This document shows, piece by piece, positions 12,728-26,135 of a DNA stretch of 64,000 bases. The stretch is from Octopus sinensis (Eukaryota): assembly GCF_006345805.1 (NCBI RefSeq), contig NC_043008.1, positions 42,656,001 through 42,720,000 on the forward strand, written 5' to 3'. Under the pieces are notes generated by a model. It made no database searches. It saw nothing but the letters and a program-made list of their open reading frames with translations, and was not told where the DNA came from. Position 1 is the first letter of the stretch; every line of letters starts with the position of its first letter. The position numbers and the translations under genes are program-made.

Positions 12728-13035
12728 CGTCATCATAGTGACCGACCAGGCTATCAGATGTGGTAACATATCGCTGGTCACAATGCGCTTCGCATTGTTT
12801 TAGCCTTCAACTGACGCCACCCCGCTGGCTAAGCGAGCAGGCCAACAGAAGAAAGAGTGAGAGAAATTTGTTGCGAAATAATACAGCAGGGATCACCACC
12901 ACCTCCTGTCGGAGCCTCGTGGAGAATTAGGTGTTTTCGCTCAATAAACACTCACAGCGCCCGGTCTGGGAATCGAAACCGCAATCCTACGACCGTGAAT
13001 CCGCTGCCCTAACCACTGGGCCATTGCGCTTCCAC
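12728..13035 (-). mobile_element. tRNA-headed SINE (S2-related head, distinct body)
   Basis: Minus strand begins gtggaagcgcaatggcccagtggttagggcagcgg...ggtttcgattcccag (Pol III A and B boxes). Confidence 0.85.
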
Positions 13036-13093
13036 ATCTATATTATTTATATATATATACATATATAATATATATATTATATATAATATATAT

Positions 13094-13193
<100 letters not shown>

Positions 13194-13314
13194 TAAACCC
13201 TTTATGGACGGGAAGCTGAGAGTAGTACCGTTAACCAACCTTTCCCACTTTTAATGTATGTATATTATATATATATATACATATATATATATGCATATAT
13301 ATACTTGAAATAAA

Positions 13315-13432
13315 TAGAAAAACAAAAGACGAAGACAGTTGTATAAACAACAAGGAGGTGTATTAGTTTAACGCTCGAGAAGTTGAGAAAATCTTATACG
13401 TTTCGAGCCTACGCTCTTCAAGGGGAAGAGGA
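13315..13432 (-). mobile_element. HHR-bearing repeat family A, truncated copy
   Basis: Contains tacgtttcgagcctacgctcttcaa, the reverse complement of the family-A HHR. Confidence 0.7.
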
Positions 13433-13499
13433 ATATATATATATATATAAAGCATGAACAAAAATTACTTGAATGGCATTAACTTTATTCTTTTCTGCA

Positions 13500-13870
13500 T
13501 ATCCCAACATTTAAGATTGGTATTTGGTTAACAGGGCTTCCAAACTGTTCACTGGCAGCACAAAAGAGCATGAAATATAAACTAAAACCCTGTAATATAC
13601 TTGATGGCAGATTTGTTCTGTTAGTGAGGATTGTGTGCAGCATGTTTTGGTCAGTCTTTCATTGGCATTCACTATAGCATCTGGTTCTTTGGCAAGGTGT
13701 ACAGATTCTGTCATGCATGAGTGAAGGACAGAGCAGTAGGCCTCGTAGTCTAGCCATATTGTTAACGGTGATATCACTTGGCGTCTCCAATAACAGCTTT
13801 AGTGTGGAATGACTGTTCAACATGGTTGCAAACTCCATTCTTTCCTCCTACATGTTCATCACACCAATTG
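13500..13870 (-). mobile_element. Possible RTE-clade LINE C-terminal remnant (alternatively an unrecognised exon)
   Basis: GC-richer segment with an 88-aa open frame; WLDYEAYCSVLH...NANERLTK...ICHQVYYRVLVY only loosely resembles the RTE ending (A.DR..WR..LH...EEKR.RRK...C..C..SRIGL.SH). Confidence 0.3.
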
Positions 13871-15119
13871 TTTATGCCACAGTTTTTATGTATATGTGTG
13901 TGTGGTGTGTGTGTGTGTGTGTGTGTGTTTGTCTGTCTGTCTGTTTGTGTGTGTATGAATTTATATATAGACATATACGTAACAAGCATTGCAAATGTCT
14001 GCTTTTCTTTTAACTGCTAATATTATGTCGGAGTATATTTCTCATGGAGGAGATGCCTTTCGCGCGGTTTTATGAAATACAAGAAAACACTCGCCTACGC
14101 TGGAGAAATATATTAAACCTATAGACGGAACCCTGAAACACCACCGTTCACTGTCAGAGTAATGGTGATTACGGGGTGAACTTCAAAACTGACGTCTCAC
14201 CACCGGATACAGCTTCTGGAAGCTACAATGTCGGTCGATCAAGACAGTAGCAAAATCGTCGTACAACCTTTTGTTATTTATATGCAATGACGTGAAACTG
14301 TCTCAATATCATTTCGTTTCTTGATTCACTTTGTATTTTGTAAAGTTCGATGGCAATGGATATGTGGTGAAAACTCATATCCGCCCACAAGCAAGTATAA
14401 AAGTGAATCAGAGTAATCAGGCTAAATGTGACACGGGTATCATCTCAGATGAGGCAATCACAATATACATGGTTATGGTGGATTATGCGTATGTATGAAA
14501 GTACTTATGCACACTGCTCTTTTCAACTTCATAGTCTTCCAACCATATCTAGCGCTCAATTAAGAACATCCACTTGTAAGAAAGACTTTCTCGCGCCTGC
14601 TTAACTTTCGACGTCAATCACTGCGCATATAACTCTCACGTTTACATATCTACGTGTTATTCTCTACTGAATAATGGCTTCAGACTGTACATATTTCGAT
14701 AACTGCAGGCCGTATCTCATACATTTTTTTCTTCAAATAGACATAGTCACTCGTCCAGCTAAAGCTACAGGAAGCAATCATGTTATTTATCTAGGATTTA
14801 TTCACTGAATAATCACATACGCGACAGCGAAACAACGAAATGCAAGCTGGTGGTGCTAAAACACTTTAAGATGTTATACTATGAATCTTGTAGGTTTTCT
14901 TCCGCCTGTTAATATAGACACGGACAGGAGAAAAGAAATTGTGTGCACAACCTGATCAAATTTGATACGACAAAATATTGACTGAAGTTCCGTCTTGGTT
15001 GAGCATCGACACGCATTCGGAAATTCTATTGCAGGGCTCCGAAACCAACATAATGCTGAACGAAACCAAGGAACATTTATATAAAATTATTTATCCTAAT
15101 TTTCCTGTTTAGATATAGA

Positions 15120-15166
15120 TACACACAAACAACACACACACCACACACACACACACACAACACACA

Positions 15167-15210
<44 letters not shown>

Positions 15211-15213
15211 ACA

Positions 15214-15247
<34 letters not shown>

Positions 15248-15580
15248 AATAAATATTTATATATATACATATATATATATACGTACATATATACATATAT
15301 ACAGATATATTTATATATATATATACATACATATATTTATATATACATATGAACATATATTTATATATACATATATACATATACTTGTAATATATATATA
15401 TATATATATATATTAGATATATATATATATATATATTATATATATTATATATATAGTATATATATATATACATATATATATAAATATATATAGATATAGA
15501 TATAGATATATACTTACACGCATACACAGACACACATACACGTACATATATATATATATACATACACATACACGTAAACA
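15120..15580. repeat. (CA)n/(TA)n compound microsatellite
   Basis: Direct. Confidence 0.95.
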
Positions 15581-15974
15581 GATACATACACCTGAGTTTT
15601 TTTTCCTCAGTATTTCTAAATACGAGAAATGAATACACTGCATTGTTATTTAGTGAAAATGCGTTACCTTTACTTGTAAACATAGATAACTACTTTCTGT
15701 TATTGAAGAATTCAATCATCTCAACTGCAATTCCAATTTCGCCTCTTTTAATAAAACGTGATGGGAAATTCTAACGAGCTTAGGATTTGTAAATATTCAA
15801 TGTAAAGCTTCCTAATCTACGTGGAATACATCTCTCTTTTCAAATTATGTGGGGCTTCAATGAAAGTGCATTCGTATGTGGGTGGATTCTGTGAGGAGAT
15901 CTATTAAATCTTTCTCCACGCACAGTAAACACATCACTGTGTGTATCTACTTAAGTCTTTGGGAAGGTTGGCAG

Positions 15975-16325
<351 letters not shown>

Positions 16326-16604
16326 ATTGACGACTGATACTTCAGGAGATAAAAGGTGCAGAGGTGCTTAGATAAATAATCATTTTGTTATACACTGAAA
16401 CACGTCTGAGTGCGTAATTCTACATTTATATACACTGTTTTATATACATCGATTTTAGATATAATTGTATCGATACGTAGATTGGCAGATAGGTATGTGT
16501 GTCCTTCGAGAATTGTGTACAGTAATACATATGTGTGTATGCGAGTGTGTGCGGTTGTGTGTACGTGTATGTGTACTTCTGTGTGTGTGTATGCGTATGT
16601 CTTC

Positions 16605-16920
16605 ATATAGAAGCACTCCGTCGGTTACGACGATGAGGTTCCTAGCTGATAGGATCGGTGCAATAGCTTGCTCGTGAAATTAATGTGCAAGTGGCTGAGT
16701 ACTCTACATACACGTGCACCATTAATATAGTTCTCAGGGAGATTCAGCGTGACACAGAGTGTGACAAGGCTGCCCTTTGAAATATAAGTACAGCTGGGTG
16801 GACTGGAGAAACGTGAAATAAAGTGTCTTGCTCAAGGACACAACGCGTCGCCGGGAATTGAACTCACGACGATACGATCATGAGCCGAATGTCCCTAACC
16901 ACTAAGACACGCTCCTTCAC
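16605..16920 (-). mobile_element. SINE family S2 (tRNA head + CORE-like domain)
   Basis: Minus strand gtgaaggagcgtgtcttagtggttaggg...gagttcaattcccgg then tgtgtccttgagcaagacactttat (cf. CORE tgtgaccttgggcaagtcactt). Confidence 0.85.
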
Positions 16921-17084
16921 ATGTGTCTTCATATACGCGCAAAACGTATACAGATATATTCAGTATATTTCACCATATGCACCTATGATCATATATACAG
17001 GTATTTTTCTCCAGGTGGTGACGATGAGATGTCAGAATAGAATATTCTACAATCTAGTAATTGCTGGAACAAGTAATAAATAGA

Positions 17085-17275
17085 ATTTTAACGGGCGAAA
17101 TGCTTAAGTGATATTTCGTTTGTCTTTACGTTCCAAGTTCAAATTCCACCGAGGTCCACTTCGCCTTTCATCCTTTCGGGGTCGATAAATTAAGCACCAG
17201 TTTGGTACTGTGGTGAATCTAATCGACTGACCCCCTCCCAAAACATTTCGGGCCTTGTGCCTAGAGTAGAAAACA
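17085..17275 (+). mobile_element. SINE family S1, 5'-clipped
   Basis: gggcgaaatgctt...gttcaaattccaccgaggtc...ctttcatcctttcggggtcgataaatt. Confidence 0.85.
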
Positions 17276-17297
17276 ATTAATGAAATGTTAACGTCAC

Positions 17298-17686
17298 TAC
17301 ATCTCTGTAGTAAATATTTTATAGCAAAATAAATACTTATAAGATGGCATAAGACCACAAAAGAATATATATTAGACTTTACAAGACTTCAAAACACTTC
17401 ATAACATGTGTTGAAAGGGTCGTCCTTCAATTTTAATACATAAGTTGACTCTTCTGCACATATTTTGAAATACATCTTGGAGAGTCTGATGCGGCAATGG
17501 ACCGTGTGAAGGTTATGATTGCGTCTTATACCTCATTAATGGTTTATCGTGCGATTCTTGTCCAGTGACCCCAGAAAAACAAGTCTGGCGGTGTTAAAAA
17601 TCAGATGATCTTGGTGACCAAAGTCCCTTCAAAATAATCCGTTCAGCGCAAAATTCACTGCGGATCGACGTTAAGAACACCCTGTA
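17298..17686 (-). mobile_element. Internally deleted Tc1/mariner-superfamily transposon remnant
   Basis: Ends aagaacaccctg-TA (TIR matching 3645); minus strand encodes ERIILKGLWSPRSSD-LTPPDLFFWGH (WPPRSPDLTPxDFFLWG motif) and RRVNLCIKIEGRPFQHML* (C-terminus). Confidence 0.85.
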
Positions 17687-17919
17687 TTATTCCTTGTGTT
17701 TTCTGGAACCATATTTATTCAGAAGACAATCTATTCAAGAACATCCTCCCCTTAACATCCCCAACCCTAAATTATTCGCTTCCCTTCCAAGATATAATTT
17801 CTCTCATAAAAATAAGGCGAGCGATTTTGCAAATAATGTGATTATCACTTGCATTTCACACCCGAATTATCTTTAATTCATCAATGTAGATATGCGGGTG
17901 CGATCGTGTGAATTAGCAA

Positions 17920-18199
17920 TACATAATACACAGGCACACACAAACACACTCAAACACACACATACACAAACACACACAAGCTCACACATACACAAACACG
18001 CATATATATATAAATGTAGAAATATATACGTATGTACACATTATATGGTTACCTATAAATGCAGTTACATATATTTACACATGCAAACACACACACACAC
18101 ATGTACATACAAACCTATTAATCTATCTACGCATATCTATCTATCTATCTATCTATCTATCTGTCTATCTATCTATCTGTCTGTCTGTCGGTCGGTCGG

Positions 18200-18257
<58 letters not shown>

Positions 18258-18490
18258 AATAAATTCAGACAATTAAGTATTTAAGAATATGAAACTAATG
18301 GTTTCATATACATACACAACATACATACATATATATATATACATATACATACATATATAAATATATATATTATATATATATATATATATATATCTACATA
18401 TATATATATGTAAAAATATATATACATATATATATATATATTTATATATACATATACATATGTACATGTATATTTATATATATATGTAAA

Positions 18491-18565
<75 letters not shown>

Positions 18566-18660
18566 CGTATGTACTTATATATTTATATATTATATATAAG
18601 TTTGTATGTATGTATGTATATTCATGTATGTTCATAGACACATACACACATGCATAGCTA
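17920..18660. repeat. (CA)n/(TCTA)n/(CT)n/(TA)n compound microsatellite block
   Basis: Direct. Confidence 0.9.
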
Positions 18661-18707
18661 GTTAGTTGATAAATATAGATGTATATAGATTGATATGTAG
18701 AGAGGTA

Positions 18708-19162
18708 TAGAGAGCTACCCAAACTTTTGCGCCCACAAAGCTAAATCCTAGTGGACAGTTCTTCAGACTCTATATGAAGACAAATTCATATATATTAATG
18801 GAAGTGGTTGTTGCAAGATCTGTATCCCGGAGAGACCCAAAATTCTTAAGGATCTGAAGAAGCCTGGCGCATTAAACAACCGTAAAGAAGTATTTTCCAA
18901 GTGTATTCACTTAAAGCGCTACTTACTAGAAAATTGGACCTTCCAGTTGGATCATTAGGCTTCTGCGAGTAAATAAGGGTTTTTTTCTGTCTTATTTCTT
19001 TCTTTAACACTTGCTCATTAACAATTTCTTCGTATTCCTCGAATCCTAAGCGTTTCCTCGCATCTGCGACGTAGATATCTTTAAATTTTGTATTCATACA
19101 GTGTCTGACGAGCTGTCCACAAGGCATTAGCTGCGTGGGCGCGAAACCATGAGTAACTCTAT
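18708..19162. mobile_element. HHR-tipped fold-back element (PLE-like); ~80-bp imperfect arms, ~300-bp spacer
   Basis: 18708-18787 vs 19085-19162 are diverged inverted copies and each arm is an HHR; spacer has a minus-strand open frame (KDIYVADARKRLGFEEYEEIVNEQVLKKEIRQKK...). Confidence 0.7.
19100..19160 (+). ncRNA. Type-I hammerhead ribozyme motif with canonical core
   Basis: AGTGT-CTGACGA(19105-11)-GCTGTCCAC...GTGGGCGC-GAAA(19143-46)-CCATGA-GTA-ACTCT; helix I is AGAGT/GCTCT in the mirror copy at 18711-18771 (core CTGAAGA). Confidence 0.75.
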
Positions 19163-19201
19163 GTCCAAGATATAAAATTTCGTTGTAATATATATATAGA
19201 G

Positions 19202-19296
<95 letters not shown>

Positions 19297-20289
19297 CAAA
19301 CGGACAGATAGATAGAAAGATAGACAGAGATATGTGTTTTATCTATCTATATATATGTGTGTGTGCGTGTGTGTGTGTGAGTGTGCGCGCTTCTCTGTGT
19401 ACAGATATATGAATGCATATATTTATGAATTTATTCATATCCATATCTGTGTGCGTGTGTGAGTTTGTGTGCGCACGCATTCTTACATTTGCACATGCGT
19501 ACACACACCTCAACATTCACATAACCACAAAATAAATTTTCAGTTGGAACATCACACTACATCTCTAAACCACACATTCATCGAATCTCCTGCAATGAAA
19601 CAAATAAATCAATCGATTCCCTATCTATAAATGAAATCAATTGTTAAACAGATAACGTTTTCTTATCATTGGAACGGGTGACATTGTTATGTAATGTTCT
19701 CCGCCGTTCAAGTTCCAGGCATTTCGAAATAAACCAATGAATTCTACTGTTTGCAAATGAGTAAGAAATGGAATATTTCGTGCATATTAACCAAAGAAAA
19801 ATAGATTAAACACTCCGTGAAATTCAAAAGGATTTGCGTTGTTATATTGCGAAATCAGTGGAGTTTATTTCGTATTGGAATGGCGAATTGTTTTACCTTT
19901 GAGAATGGGCAAAACGTGAAACAGAAAATCGTAATTTGTGATTGTTTCAAGTTGAAAACAGATATGTTTATACGGCTCTGCTGTATTGTAATGAGGTTCT
20001 TTGTTGATGCGGTTGAAGTTTTGTATAGCTGTGTATTGTCTTCCTCTTAATAAATCTCTCTATGCTTTCCTCCACAACCTCCCACCCTTTTCCTTTCTCT
20101 AACTTGCACGCGCACTCTTCTATATATACATATGTATAAACAGATATATACCCATATATGCTCACACACACACACACACTCATATATATATATATATATA
20201 CATACCTAAATATGTATGCACATATATACACACGAGGATAGATGTATATATACATGCAAAGTATATCTGTATCATACATATATGTATGG

Positions 20290-20326
<37 letters not shown>

Positions 20327-21720
20327 TGAATATATAAGTATATACGTATATGTATGCATATGTGTATATATATGTATATGTGTATATGTACATTTATATA
20401 TTCTGTACATACATATACATATGCAAATGTATAATCATAGCGCGAGAAGTGTTTGCGTATATGAATATGTAGATAAAATGTTCTACACATCTGTGTGCGT
20501 ACATACGTGTAAATGTTTGTGTATGTGTGTGAGTGTTCGCACGTGCGCCCGTTTGTATAAGGCTGTGTAGTGGATTACGTTACTAATACCTACAAATTGA
20601 AATTCATCCTCCAAAAAACACAAAGCAAAGAAAAAGAAAACAAAAACTGAAGATGTAAAATATCTGTTCAATGTTGAGATAATTAGCGATTGTGTGAGTA
20701 AGAAGACCATGAAATTCGCTAATCTCGCCACCAAAAATGATGTTTCGAAAACAAGATTGAAGCTTGTTTCAGCTGAGAATGTAAAAATGAATATAATGCT
20801 ATATAAAGATGGCGCTGTAAAAAGCAGCAGCAGCAGAGAAGGAAATAGCAGGTAAAGAGCCACGCTACTACTGCGAATTGTTGATGTTGAAAATTCTTCA
20901 GCATTTTATTTAAGAAAAATAAAACAAATTACAGAAGAGAAACGCAAAAAATAAAATTCAAAGAAAGCAAATTCCAACCCCAACGGGGGAAAATGATCGA
21001 AAGTAGTTGATTCTGAAGGACATCTTTGTTAACACCTGTGATGCTGTGATTAGAGATAAATTATTTGGCGGATTCACACAGCCTAAGTTGTCGATTATGT
21101 TGGCAGGTGGGATGAAAAGTTTTGTCCACAGGATATAAATACTTTCTTAAACTCAAATATGCGACTTTGTTTTGATAGAGGGTTATCGCTGTTTTAATTT
21201 ACTTATTTGTCAAATGCCGCCAGCCAATACACATTTAACTTGACTTTCCTATCTGCACACAATGAAGATGCTACAGCGATTTCTCCATTAACAGACAATT
21301 CAGATAACGAACACTTCTTTTTGTTACATTGACAACACAATATCTTATTTTATAAGGGAAGGTCTAAACTTTTTTAATTGATACAGCGTATATTACTGGT
21401 ACTGAATTAAAGGAACTAAACCGACAGAATGTAGCAGTATCGAGTGGATTCGCATTACAACATTTTTTATAAGTAATCAAGCGAAAAAGGTGTGCTCCGC
21501 TTCTGCCGTTGCCAGACATTACCCTGACACCCAGTAAAGCCTGCTCCTGCAGAGGAGAATCTACGTGGATAATTTGCTCGTAAGAAATAACAGCAACAAT
21601 TTCCTCCTGATAGGGTGTAACGGTGTATTTGAAGGAAACGTTAAAGGTAATGATGTGCCAGAAACATTCTTGTTACGAGAAAAACCAGATGGCCACCGCT
21701 GGTACGCATTTCATCATAGC

Positions 21721-21768
<48 letters not shown>

Positions 21769-21770
<2 letters not shown>

Positions 21771-22060
21771 ATGGGCTCTCCCGTCGAAGACCGCGCATTA
21801 GCGTTCAGCTGTTACCGAACGACTTGCGCAAATGTTTTGTTTATAGTGATGAAATACTCTTCGTGTCGCATATTAGCTCTTTCTCTTCATCAAATCGATA
21901 TTGTCTGAACAGGTGCACGGTGTGTCACGTGTCAGGTGTTGAAGTGATCGCAGAGCGACGTGAGGTGAAGTGTTTTGCTCAAGAACACAATGCGCCACCT
22001 GGTTTAGGAATTGAAACCACGTTCTCTTGGTCGTGAGCGCAAAACCCTAACCATTACATT
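21769..22060 (-). mobile_element. SINE with S2-type head and CORE-like domain
   Basis: gtgaggtgaagtgttttgctcaagaacacaatgcg...ggaattgaaaccacg...aaccctaacc. Confidence 0.75.
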
Positions 22061-22136
22061 ATTCGTTCTCACTATCAAGACGTACACTATCCCCTTTTAA
22101 AGGTATATGCGTGCGTGCGTGTCTGTGTGTGTGTGT

Positions 22137-22185
<49 letters not shown>

Positions 22186-22754
22186 TGTGTGTGTACATTA
22201 GAGTATAACTCTCTTGTGGTTTCGAAAATGATTTCCACTTCAAACGCTTTTCAGGTCTCAACTTCTTGTCGTCCAAAAACGTATCTCAAACAATAAGCAT
22301 ATAGATGAGAATTTAAAAAAAAAATATCATGAAAAAAGCATGCAACAGCTATACTTGAATTCTCAGACAGGCTCGCTACTCTTGGAAATTATATTTTGGC
22401 AAGCATGAATATATTTCTGATAAAGAATGTCCAGAAATATATTATCGAACAATGCTTTATGTCTTGTGTTCTTGGACAAAACATCAAATATAAAAGAAAT
22501 AAAGTTAATATATACTGACCAAAGCTTCATAGTAAACACACAGAAACTATCCCATCGGATATTCTATTATATATCTATAATTATATTGTCCCAACATCCC
22601 TTCTACATCGAAACAGTATTAATCTGACCTTCTGACATTTCGGCGTAGAACAATATTGATCATTTAAGCAACGAAGAATATTATTAGAAATAATAATATT
22701 AATATTATTAGAATAACAAATAACGATCGTGTTATTTTTTTGTTACTTACATCA

Positions 22755-22818
<64 letters not shown>

Positions 22819-23054
22819 CAGATTCGATTTTGATCCTGTTTTTTTTTGGCATCTTTGAAATTCCCGTATTGATTTTTCTTTGAATCTTTTGATATAACAT
22901 CAATGTTGGATCAATATTATCGTCAAATAACCGTTATTGACAAGGAATATACATACACGCATATGTATTTAGATAGACAGACCGACAGACAGACAGACAA
23001 ACAGACAGATAGATAAATAGATCGGTAGGTAGGTAGATAGATAGATAGATAGAT

Positions 23055-23105
<51 letters not shown>

Positions 23106-23132
23106 GATACAAGGGTTATTTTTTTATATACT

Positions 23133-23432
23133 TTTACTCGTTTCAGCCATGCGGTTGCGGTCATACTGGAGCACCAACGTGGTCTTTCTGATTTCCTCAG
23201 TTTGGGGTGTTTCCCATCACATTCCTGTATGTGCCTTTGTTCCAGCTGTTGGTACATTTGGTGTATAAGGGAGATTGACTCCGCTGCCCTCGTCTGCACC
23301 TTATGTCGGGCTGTTGGTTCCTCCAGTATTGCGGAGAGGAGGATGACTAGTTCGTTTCTGAAGACATCTACTTCCAACTTATACAGATTTCTTAATTTTT
23401 GTGACAAAGCATTGAAGAGCTGTGGACTTTGA
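23133..23432 (-). mobile_element. CR1/L2-clade LINE 3' end with a tail homologous to SINE S3
   Basis: Minus frame SPQLFNALSQKLRNLYKLEVDVFRNELVILLSAILEEP...RAAESISLIHQ (cf. GPQLFNxLPxxLRxL...VDVFKxKLDxxLxxIPDEP...AxSNSLxHQ); tail ggtgctccagtatgaccgca...ctgaaacgagta. Confidence 0.8.
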
Positions 23433-24149
23433 CATATATTGTATGTGTGTCTGTGTATGTACACACAAATATCTATATATACGTTTGCAGGATGGAGGGT
23501 TGAATGTGACTCAATATTTGTGCGCAATGTATTTATTGATTTTTACATCAACAACTTGAGTTTGGTTCCTGTTGCAGATTTCAAAGGATCACATAGAGAC
23601 AGTTCCTTTCAGACGACAACAAAAAATGTGTCGTCGCTTTATATTCCTTAACGCAACTGCTAGCATTCCCCTGACTCACCAGACAGAAATTCTCCCAAAC
23701 ACCCAGCCACTAATGCCGCCTCTACTTTATCGGACGAAATGTTATGTTTCTTAAAAGAAAAATAGCTTTATCTAAAGAAATTATGTAAGGTTATCAAAGA
23801 CCATCATTTCAAAAGTAATTACAAGGAGTTATTTGCGTTTGTAAAAGAACTCCATTTGTAAATATATCGAGAAATGCAAGAGATAAGGAATGGTGCACTG
23901 AATAACATATATGAAAAATTTACGATAAACTTCATTTAACTTTAGCAACAGTAAACCCTCGAAGTAATCAATCGTTAGATGCTTTTGAAGAGAAGAAGTA
24001 TTCCATGAAGTTGAGAAAAGATTTCAGTTAATTAATTTTCAGGCTTAAACAAAATGACAAGTGTGGACATATTCCCGGATTATTAAACTTCATCAACAGG
24101 TCAGAATATCTTAAATCCCGTTGGTCGAGTAGACAATTTAAGAAAATAA

Positions 24150-24340
<191 letters not shown>

Positions 24341-24388
24341 TCGAAAAATACCTTAGGAATGAGAACCCAGGTTTGAAATTTCCCCAAG

Positions 24389-24431
24389 ACACCTGATGAA
24401 GGTCGGAGGGTATATCAGCGAAATGTTGTGT
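24389..24431 (+). ncRNA. Minimal type-I HHR motif within a PLE-like terminus (24340-24485)
   Basis: ACAC-CTGATGAA-GGTCGG agggtata TCAGC-GAAATGTT-GTGT; helix I ACAC/GTGT; helix II and helix III partly decayed. Confidence 0.6.
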
Positions 24432-24669
24432 TAACAACAAACAAGATGAGGACAAATATCCGTCAAATGTAAATAACGTAAATAATATATGTGTGTGTGT
24501 GTGTGTAAATATGTGGTTTGCATGTGTATATAAGTGTTGTCGTGTGGTAATACTAACAATTGCACACTTCTAAATAGAAAACCAGTCAGGATCACCTTTA
24601 GACTAACATGAAAGTAACTATCAGTTGAAACTTTTCCTACCACTTCTCTTTTCATTTTCATATTCTGTT

Positions 24670-24870
24670 AAAAACGGCTGCGGGCTGGCCGAATCGTTAG
24701 AAGGTCGGCCAACATGTTTAGCGGCATGTTGTCCTTCTTTACGTCCTGAATTTGAAGTTGACTTTGCGATTCATTCCTCCATCACCAAATAAATGAGTAC
24801 CATTTAATGAGTCGATTTAATGAATTTCCCCTTTCCACAGAATATTGCTGGCCTCGCACCAATATTTTGT
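24670..24870 (+). mobile_element. SINE family S1, degenerate
   Basis: ggctgcgggctggccgaatcgttag...gttgactttgcgattcattcc...gctggcctcgcaccaatatttt. Confidence 0.7.
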
Positions 24871-25171
24871 AAAAACACGAAGGAGTCACAACACCATGAT
24901 GGTTTAATATGTGTGCATGGGTAGTTTTTATGTAATAATACCTGTCTGCCTCAACGCACACACACACAAGCCCACACACACAAACATATATAATATAGTT
25001 AGGAATTCCATTTAATTAGCTGCATGTGTATGAAAATGCAAACATTTGTGTGTATGTGTCTTTATGTGGACATGTACAGGTTTATATACATACACGTACA
25101 CTCATATATATATACGTATGGGTATACATACACTTATTCCCATATATATGCATACACGTATATGTATGTGT

Positions 25172-25214
<43 letters not shown>

Positions 25215-25598
25215 AGAATGAGAGGAGAATAAAGACTATTAATTATGTATGTTTGCGTCTCTGATTAACTGTTTGTGTACGTGTTTGTATATATAAATAT
25301 ATACACGCACACATACATATATATATATATATATACATGTATTTACGTATGCATTTGTTCGTGTGTGTTTGTGTGTCTGTGTGTATGTACGTGTGTATAT
25401 TTGCATATGTCTACATATTTATTTCTGCGTGTGTATGTATATTTATACATGCCTAAATATTTGTATCAACAGAATCCAGAAATCAATAAATATTCTGACA
25501 AAATATCTCAATTATTTCCTATCTACTCACTGCCAATCCTCAAAACATATTTTTCAATTCTATTAACTCTTTGTCTTAAAAACAGATACTCATGTATA

Positions 25599-25685
<87 letters not shown>

Positions 25686-25742
25686 ATATATAATATATAA
25701 TATATATACATATATACATGTATATACACATATATTATATAT

Positions 25743-25777
<35 letters not shown>

Positions 25778-26069
25778 GTAATATATATTTAATATATATA
25801 CACATGTGTAATATATATTTAATATATATATATGTATGTGTATACATGTGTGTATAGCATTTTCTTTCCATCATTTCCCTCCTTCATATTTCTAGATATA
25901 TTTGTAATAAATGTCACTCTCTGTCTCTATACAATTCATTTGTCGTATCTCGTCTTCCTCTCCCTGTCTCTCCAAGTTTTCTTTCATTCCTGTATCTTAT
26001 TCTTTATATCCACTTCTCTGCGTCTGTCTGTTTCTCTTTTTCACTTTGAATATGTACAAATATATATAC

Positions 26070-26130
<61 letters not shown>

Positions 26131-26135
26131 CATAT

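Noticed and set aside
12960-13035. tRNA-like A/B boxes here and at 16850-16920, 26845-26914, 32700-32773
   Set aside because: These are SINE heads continuous with SINE bodies; no complete cloverleaf or acceptor stem, so not called as tRNA genes.
20600-20856. ~85-codon plus-strand open frame ending at a possible donor (gcag|gtaaag)
   Set aside because: No clear acceptor, no recognisable homology, and A-rich low complexity; cannot be supported as an exon without RNA data.
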